Assembly (NCBI GenBank): GCA_964455175.1
Contig: CAYVUW010000011.1
Location: 2,445 to 43,315, forward strand
Reading direction: 5' to 3'
DNA: 40,871 nucleotides
Source: an uncultured Acidobacteriota bacterium
GTDB taxonomy: Bacteria; Acidobacteriota; UBA890
Position 1 is the stretch's first letter, and the number at the start of each line of letters is the position of its first letter. The translations under genes and the position numbers were made by a program. Below, in pieces: positions 35,484-40,871 of this stretch. Below the pieces are notes generated by a model. The model was not told where the DNA came from, searched no databases, and saw only the letters and a list, made by a program, of their open reading frames with translations.

Positions 35484-36352
35484 ATCGTTTGCGCATCGCC
35501 CACATTTCCTATTTGAACTCGGCCCCATTTTTTACCGGCATGGGAGACGAGATCTTTGAGATGGTCGAAATGGATCCACGGGCATTGGGCCAAGCAGCTG
35601 AGCAGGGTGAAGTTGATGCTGGTCTGATGTCAATCGTGGACACGTTCCGTAACCCGCAGTTCGAGCCGCTCGGAGATCTGGGTATAGCTCTTTACGGTGC
35701 TGCTCACTCGGTGTTGCTCTTCTCTAGTAAGCCGGTGCAAAAACTTAACGGCGCGACGATCGGTATTACCGGCGAGACGAGTACTTCGTATCCGCTGTTG
35801 CGATTGTTGCTCAATGGCTACTTCGGGGTGAATCCCGCCGCCTATGTTCGGAGACCGAACGGTCCGGAGGTTTCTGATGACGCGCTCCTTTTGATTGGGG
35901 ATTCAGCCTTAAGGCGTGCCGCGCGGAGCGGGCAGGAGCCTGGCCTCCGTGACTACACTGCTGGCATATTGGAGCTTGAGGCTAGCGGCTTCGAGGAGCC
36001 CTACAGGCACGTGCTGGATCTCTCGGCGGCCTGGCGCGAGTGGCAAGGGAGGCCATTCGTCTTCGCTCGCTGGATGGTCCGCCGCGAAGTTGCGCGGGAA
36101 GATCGGGTCACGCTGTTGGGGGCATTGCTATCCAGCTTTGATGCCAACATGCGCCGTCTAGAAAAATTAGCAGCAGATAATGCTGATCGTGCAGGTATCT
36201 CAGCTGATGCTGCGTATGCCTACCTCATGGGGTTCATTTACCGCTTCGGAGACCATGGAGAGGAAGCGATTGAAATTTTTCGAGAATTACTAGAGTCGAC
36301 CCACTGGTGGGAAACGGCGCCACCCATAGCCCTCGAAAGTGAGGGAACATGA
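35480..36352 (+). CDS. mqnA: Chorismate dehydratase MqnA
   Basis: ISYLNSAP, SVLLFS, TSTS..L, LLIGDSAL, DL..AW, PFVFARW. Confidence 0.9.
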   Translation: MNRLRIAHISYLNSAPFFTGMGDEIFEMVEMDPRALGQAAEQGEVDAGLMSIVDTFRNPQFEPLGDLGIALYGAAHSVLLFSSKPVQKLNGATIGITGETSTSYPLLRLLLNGYFGVNPAAYVRRPNGPEVSDDALLLIGDSALRRAARSGQEPGLRDYTAGILELEASGFEEPYRHVLDLSAAWREWQGRPFVFARWMVRREVAREDRVTLLGALLSSFDANMRRLEKLAADNADRAGISADAAYAYLMGFIYRFGDHGEEAIEIFRELLESTHWWETAPPIALESEGT

Positions 36353-37557
36353 GCTCACCGGAGCTGGTGGAAAAGGCGCGTGATCGAGTACGACTGGCAC
36401 GGTCTGAAGGTGGGGAGAACGCCGTTCCCGGACTGGTGTTGGAGCGCCTACTGGATCCGGCGGCGACGAACGGAGTCGAATTAAAGACAATCGTTGACAA
36501 AGTTGATGCCGGTGGGCGTATAACTCCGGAAGAAGCTCTCTGGTTGCTGACCGATGCACCGCTACTGATGCTCGGCGAAATGGCACGAATATGGCAGCGA
36601 CGGCACAATCCAGAACCGCGGGTGACATTCGTCATTGATACCAACCCGAATTACACAAACTTCTGTGACGCTGACTGCTTGTTTTGCGCTTTCTACCGGA
36701 AGCCTGGGGACACCGAAGAGGGCTATTCACACAGCGTCGACGAACTCATGGAACTTGTTGGTCGCTCTGTGGATCGGGGGGCAACCACGGTCCTGCTGCA
36801 AGGTGGTTTGCACGATGATTTGTCAATGGACTATTACCTCGACGTTATTCGTAGCTTCGTTGAGTATTACCCGGATGTGCATCCGCATCTGTGGTCGGCG
36901 CCCGAGATCGGTAAAATGCGCGAAGTTTCCGGTCTGACATACAACGAGATTTTTGCCCAGCTATACGAAGCAGGACAGCGGACTATGCCCGGTGGCGGCG
37001 CAGAGCTTCTATCTGATCGGGTACGTGCTCGCATTTCACCTAAGAAGCAAAGCTCTGCGGAGTGGCTCGACATCCACCGCGCAGCTCACGGCCAGGGCCT
37101 CAAGACCACTGGCACGATGATGTATGGCCACGCTGAACAGCCCCCCGATATTATTGAACACCTCGAATGTTTACGCGCCTTGCAAGATGATACCGGTGGT
37201 TTTACCGCCTTCATTCCCTGGTCTTATAAACCCGGACATACACCTATGCAGAGGCAGTTCCCAGAGTACCCTGGTCCCACGGTTTACCTCCGCATGCTTG
37301 CCTTGTCCCGCGTGTATCTGGACAACTTTGCCCACGTTCAGGCTTCGTGGTTTTCTGACGGGAAAAAGGCAGGGCAGGCTGCTCTTCACTTTGGCTGCGA
37401 TGATTTTGGTGGGACGTTGATTGAAGAAAATGTGCTCTACGAGGCTGATCACGACGTATCAACGACGCCCGAAGAGACAATCGAGATCATTCGCGAGGCT
37501 GGCTTCACGCCCGCGCGCCGGCGAAACCCTCTTTACGATGTCGTCGAAACATATTGA
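36349..37557 (+). CDS. mqnC: Cyclic dehypoxanthine futalosine synthase MqnC (radical SAM)
   Basis: VTFVIDTNPNYTNFCDADCLFCAFYR, LLQGG, PGGGAE, TMMYGH, FTAFIPWS, QASW, DDFGGTLIEENV. Confidence 0.92.
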   Translation: MSSPELVEKARDRVRLARSEGGENAVPGLVLERLLDPAATNGVELKTIVDKVDAGGRITPEEALWLLTDAPLLMLGEMARIWQRRHNPEPRVTFVIDTNPNYTNFCDADCLFCAFYRKPGDTEEGYSHSVDELMELVGRSVDRGATTVLLQGGLHDDLSMDYYLDVIRSFVEYYPDVHPHLWSAPEIGKMREVSGLTYNEIFAQLYEAGQRTMPGGGAELLSDRVRARISPKKQSSAEWLDIHRAAHGQGLKTTGTMMYGHAEQPPDIIEHLECLRALQDDTGGFTAFIPWSYKPGHTPMQRQFPEYPGPTVYLRMLALSRVYLDNFAHVQASWFSDGKKAGQAALHFGCDDFGGTLIEENVLYEADHDVSTTPEETIEIIREAGFTPARRRNPLYDVVETY

Positions 37558-38155
37558 GACGCTCGCGTTACTGACGCTGCTGCTATTGATGGTGGTGGCC
37601 TGTACCTCGGAGACAACGATGACCGAAAATCCCCGGCTGCCTGAAGGGGCCGCGCGCGTTGTTGTTGAGACCAATCTTGGCAGCTTTATTATCGGGTTGT
37701 ACGAAGAGCAATCCCCGGTCACGGTCACGAATTTCCTGTCTTATGTCAACACTCAACACTTCGACCGTACGGTGTTCCACAGGGTGATCCCCGGGTTCAT
37801 GATTCAGGGTGGAGGTTTTGTTCATCAAGGTAGTCAGTTTGTACGCAACGACGTTGATCCACCGATCATCTTGGAATCAAATAACGGTTTAAAGAATTAC
37901 CGAGGTGCTGTTTCAATGGCTCGTACACAGATGCCTGACAGCGCTTCAGACCAGTTTTTTATTAATCTGGATCACAACCAATTCCTTGACCACTCCGACA
38001 TCGAGATTGGCTATGCGGTGTTCGGGGTAGTACTGGAGGGCATGGACGTCGTTGACGAAATTGCTGCCGTCGTTACCCATCGGGTCCGGCCCTTTCCTGA
38101 ACCGGCAACTCCAGTGGAAGATGTGTTGATCTTGTCGGTTCGTCTTCAGCGCTGA
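37538..38155 (+). CDS. Cyclophilin-type peptidyl-prolyl isomerase, predicted lipoprotein
   Basis: FHRVIPGFMIQGGG, SMART, QFFIN, GYAVFG. Lipobox-like VVAC after a Leu-rich stretch when started at ATG 37538. Confidence 0.92.
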   Translation: MSSKHIETLALLTLLLLMVVACTSETTMTENPRLPEGAARVVVETNLGSFIIGLYEEQSPVTVTNFLSYVNTQHFDRTVFHRVIPGFMIQGGGFVHQGSQFVRNDVDPPIILESNNGLKNYRGAVSMARTQMPDSASDQFFINLDHNQFLDHSDIEIGYAVFGVVLEGMDVVDEIAAVVTHRVRPFPEPATPVEDVLILSVRLQR

Positions 38156-38178
38156 TCCTGCTTCTGTAGAAATATCTT

Positions 38179-39030
38179 CTAGCGAGCTTCCAGTTCTTCC
38201 CGCAGAAATGCCACTGTTGCCGGCCAAGCTATTTCTGAGGCGGTCATATTGGCCCCGTCGCGGTCAGCTTGGGCTCTCAGGAAGCCGTGCCCGGCGCCTT
38301 CGTAGATGTTGGCTTCGTAAAGCTTCCCTAGTCTGTCCATCTCAGCCTGAGCAGACTCGATCGTTGCGTTGACGCGCTGATCATCACCTCCGTAGAAACC
38401 TTGTATAGGAGCTTGTATACGGCGTAGAGATTCTTTCGATGGCGATGTTCCGTAGTAGACGACGGCGGCTCCCAGGTCATCACGAGTAGTTGCAAAGTTG
38501 AAACTCGCACTCCCCCCCCAGCAAAAACCGATGATGCCGAATCGTTGGGTAGCTGCTGGCAGCATTGTGGCGTACTCGACGCTCATGTTGATACGTCGGA
38601 CCACTTCGGTGTGCTGCAACGAGCGCATTAAGCTCACCGCTGACTGTTGGTCGAGCGACGTTGAGCCTGTGTTGTTCGGTCCTTTTCCAGACAGCATGTC
38701 AGGAGCTATGGCAATGAACCCTTCTGCGGCAAGCTGGTCAGCGACACTACGCGCCCAATCATTGAGGCCGTAGATCTCGTGGATGACGACCACGATGGGT
38801 GCGTTGTCGGAGCGCTCGGGATACACGACATAGGCTTCGATTTTGTCTCCTCGAGACTCGATAGTGGCCCATTCGGTGTGTCGTGGTGAATTCGCGAGAC
38901 GGGTCCTGGCGTCATCACCAGATGCAGGCAGAGCGATCTGAACGCCCAAGGTGGTTAGGTTTGTAATCATCGTTATCACAAAGAACAGGATGGCGTAGCG
39001 GGTGGCTGTTAAACCGGGCGAGGGCAGCAT
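38179..39030 (-). CDS. Dienelactone hydrolase family protein, exported
   Basis: IHEIYGL, GFCWGG nucleophile, YGGDD, YEGAGHGF, hydrophobic N-terminal segment. Start uncertain. Confidence 0.9.
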   Translation of the reverse strand: MLPSPGLTATRYAILFFVITMITNLTTLGVQIALPASGDDARTRLANSPRHTEWATIESRGDKIEAYVVYPERSDNAPIVVVIHEIYGLNDWARSVADQLAAEGFIAIAPDMLSGKGPNNTGSTSLDQQSAVSLMRSLQHTEVVRRINMSVEYATMLPAATQRFGIIGFCWGGSASFNFATTRDDLGAAVVYYGTSPSKESLRRIQAPIQGFYGGDDQRVNATIESAQAEMDRLGKLYEANIYEGAGHGFLRAQADRDGANMTASEIAWPATVAFLREELEAR

Positions 39031-39259
39031 GGTTATCTCCGGAATTTGATTAAGTCGAAAAACACGACCAGGGAAGCTTGCCAAGACTTCGATTATAGAG
39101 AAGAGGCAGACGATCTTCGCCGAACTCCAGTATTATGAATCGCACTTGTACATTTGATGCGCTCAAGGGTTGCTAACGCACAAGAACCCCTGAGCAGTCT
39201 CTGTATTTTTGGCAATAACGCTCGTATTTTCGAGCCATTCGGTAAATTGGATTTTCACC

Positions 39260-39727
39260 ATGAATAATGACCTCTCCACTGGCGAGGCCGCACCCGATTT
39301 CACTACCACTACCGATACTGGCGAGATCGTCAGTCTCTCGGACCTGCGTGGTAAGAAGGTAGTGCTGTACTTCTATCCGAAGGACGATACGCCTGGCTGC
39401 ACCAAGCAGGCCTGTGGGTTTCGCGACAGTTACGCGGACTTCGAGGCCCATGGAGCCTTGGTCTTTGGCGTCAGTCCGCAGGGTAAGGAGAGCCACGCTA
39501 GATTCCGTGCCAAGTACGACCTGCCGTTCACTCTCCTGGTGGACGAAGATCATGCGATTGCTGAGGCCTACGGAGTGTGGGGTGAGAAAAAGATGTATGG
39601 GCGCAGTTATATGGGAGTAACCCGCAGTCACTTTGTCATCGATGAGGCGGGCATAGTCGTTGATGCGCAATCGAAGATCTCTCCAAAGGAGAGCCCGACT
39701 AAAGCCCTAGCGAGCGTTTCTGGCTAG
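39260..39727 (+). CDS. bcp: Peroxiredoxin BCP/PrxQ
   Basis: LYFYPKDDTPGCTKQACGFRD, YGVWGEKKMYGR. Confidence 0.95.
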   Translation: MNNDLSTGEAAPDFTTTTDTGEIVSLSDLRGKKVVLYFYPKDDTPGCTKQACGFRDSYADFEAHGALVFGVSPQGKESHARFRAKYDLPFTLLVDEDHAIAEAYGVWGEKKMYGRSYMGVTRSHFVIDEAGIVVDAQSKISPKESPTKALASVSG

Positions 39728-39810
39728 TTTCCTAGCTGTTGCGCCGTTCATTGCGTGACGAGCCAGGTACCCAAAGCTGCCCGGTTTGCTCAGGTGCCGG
39801 CCGATCGTCG

Positions 39811-40668
39811 TCAGAGCAGGTCCAAAGGAGGCATGGTTTGGAGAAGTCCCTTGTTTACGGCACCCTCGTAAAGTTTCGTCAGGGCTTCGACCCCTATGTT
39901 GCCCATGTCGGTTGTGATGTCGTCAACGTACTGATCGATGAAGGTACGCCCGACGTCTGTATCAAGGCCCCGCCCGTGGGTTGTCGCGAAGGCGAGAGCA
40001 GCCTCTGGATTGGCTCGGGCAGCCTCAATGCTGGCTTCAAACGCGGCCGCAAGCTTGCCGCACAGCCGGTCGCCAAGAGAGCGTTTCACTGCGACGACAC
40101 CGAGAGGCACCGGCAGACCCTGGTCTTTGTTCCATGCTCGCGTCGGCTCGAAAATTGCGTGTAAGCCGTGGGCGCGGTAGGTCAGCTGGGCTTCATGGAT
40201 AATTAAACCGGCGTCTACATAGCCTTTTGACACGGCGTCAATGATCGTGTCGAAACGCATTGGTACTGGTTCGAAGCTGTTCCCTGCGTAGGTTCGGAGT
40301 AGCAAGTAGGCGGTGGTCAGCAAACCTGGGACGGCGACCCGCATACCGGAAATGGCGGCCGCTCCCTGCTTTTCGGTTGGTTCCCGACTGACTACGAGTG
40401 GTCCATAGTTTTCACCGAAACTTGCACCAGCACGTAGCAGGCGATACTCGGACGCAACCGATGGATACGTACCGGCTGACAACGCGGTTAGATCTAGTCG
40501 TGCCTCCATAGCCCATTCGTTAAGCGTCTCTATGTCGTCAAAGATGCATTCGGTATGGATGCCTTCGAGATCGACTGTGCCGCTCGCTAGCCCCCAGGCC
40601 ATGAAGGCGTCATCAGGGTCGGCACTTTGGCCGATCATTACCGTTGGGATATTTGTAGTGTGACTCAA
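39811..40668 (-). CDS. mqnD: 1,4-dihydroxy-6-naphthoate synthase MqnD
   Basis: SADPDDAFM, DIETLN, GASFGENYGP, AVPGLLTTA, GLIIHE.Q.TY, PVPLG. Confidence 0.88.
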   Translation of the reverse strand: MSHTTNIPTVMIGQSADPDDAFMAWGLASGTVDLEGIHTECIFDDIETLNEWAMEARLDLTALSAGTYPSVASEYRLLRAGASFGENYGPLVVSREPTEKQGAAAISGMRVAVPGLLTTAYLLLRTYAGNSFEPVPMRFDTIIDAVSKGYVDAGLIIHEAQLTYRAHGLHAIFEPTRAWNKDQGLPVPLGVVAVKRSLGDRLCGKLAAAFEASIEAARANPEAALAFATTHGRGLDTDVGRTFIDQYVDDITTDMGNIGVEALTKLYEGAVNKGLLQTMPPLDLL

Positions 40669-40767
40669 TATTGTGCGCCCCTGATCTGGATGGGTGTCAA
40701 AAGGGTCTAACTTTTGCCAATCTCAGCGATTGGCACTCAGTGAATGGACGTGTAGTTTAGCTTCTCC

Positions 40768-40871
40768 ATGAGCGACGATCTTCTAGTTTGGCGGGACCAA
40801 TTCCCGATATTGTCTCGCACGACCTATCTGATTTCTAATTCGTTGGGAGCTATGCCGTGTGGCGTGCCTGA
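40768..40871 (+). CDS. Partial (5' end) class V PLP enzyme, kynureninase-like; not in the ORF track
   Basis: Translates MSDDLLVWRDQFPILSRTTYLISNSLGAMPCGVP. The R..FP....YL..NSLG..P pattern is typical of kynureninase N-termini. Runs off the window. Confidence 0.7.
   Translation, partial: MSDDLLVWRDQFPILSRTTYLISNSLGAMPCGVP

Noticed and set aside
34110-37557. The two CofH-like radical SAM genes as F420 (FO synthase) genes
   Set aside because: The mqnA, mqnD, mqnP, ubiX and ubiD context and the KAYW and QASW motifs fit MqnE and MqnC. No cofG, cofC, cofD or cofE is present.
1-40871. Mobile elements, prophage, defence systems, tRNA or rRNA
   Set aside because: I recognised no integrase, transposase, nuclease, toxin or structural RNA signature by eye, and the content looks like core metabolism. 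A tRNAscan/Rfam run would be needed to exclude small RNAs.

Overview
A gene-dense bacterial chromosome segment of about 41 CDSs. I saw no rRNA, tRNA, CRISPR array, transposase or phage genes. The gene families (acidobacterial-type VWA protein, long TolC, TPR/NHL and PEGA/PDZ exported proteins) suggest an Acidobacteriota-like host; this is inference only. Left to right: (1) a minus-strand run from a sigma70 promoter with an overlapping Rrf2-type operator, reading rrf2-sufC-sufB-sufD-Rieske ferredoxin-sufS-sufU-sufT, two unknown exported proteins, then molybdo-hydroxylase maturation genes xdhC-mocA-coxD-coxE; (2) an orphan protein with a putative metal-binding motif; (3) coupled TPR/NHL, TPR/PEGA/PDZ and ornithine-cyclodeaminase-family genes; (4) carA, an A-type Fe-S carrier, a second Rieske ferredoxin, menG/ubiE and a DsbD-alpha domain protein; (5) lspA-lgt-rluD-EF-G2; (6) tolC, VWA, an MDR reductase and a futalosine menaquinone operon (mqnP-mqnM-mqnL-mqnE-mqnA-mqnC) with a cyclophilin, plus mqnD nearby and no mqnB; (7) a partial kynureninase-like gene at the right edge. 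Best leads: an exported protein made of two tandem copies of an unrecognised ~125-aa domain between SUF and xdhC; an MqnE whose radical-SAM triad reads CxxxRxxC (possibly one of several base-call errors); a structured sufB-sufD spacer whose alternative pairings cover the sufD ribosome-binding site; and extra segments on four Mqn enzymes. All calls come from reading motifs by eye, with no database search.
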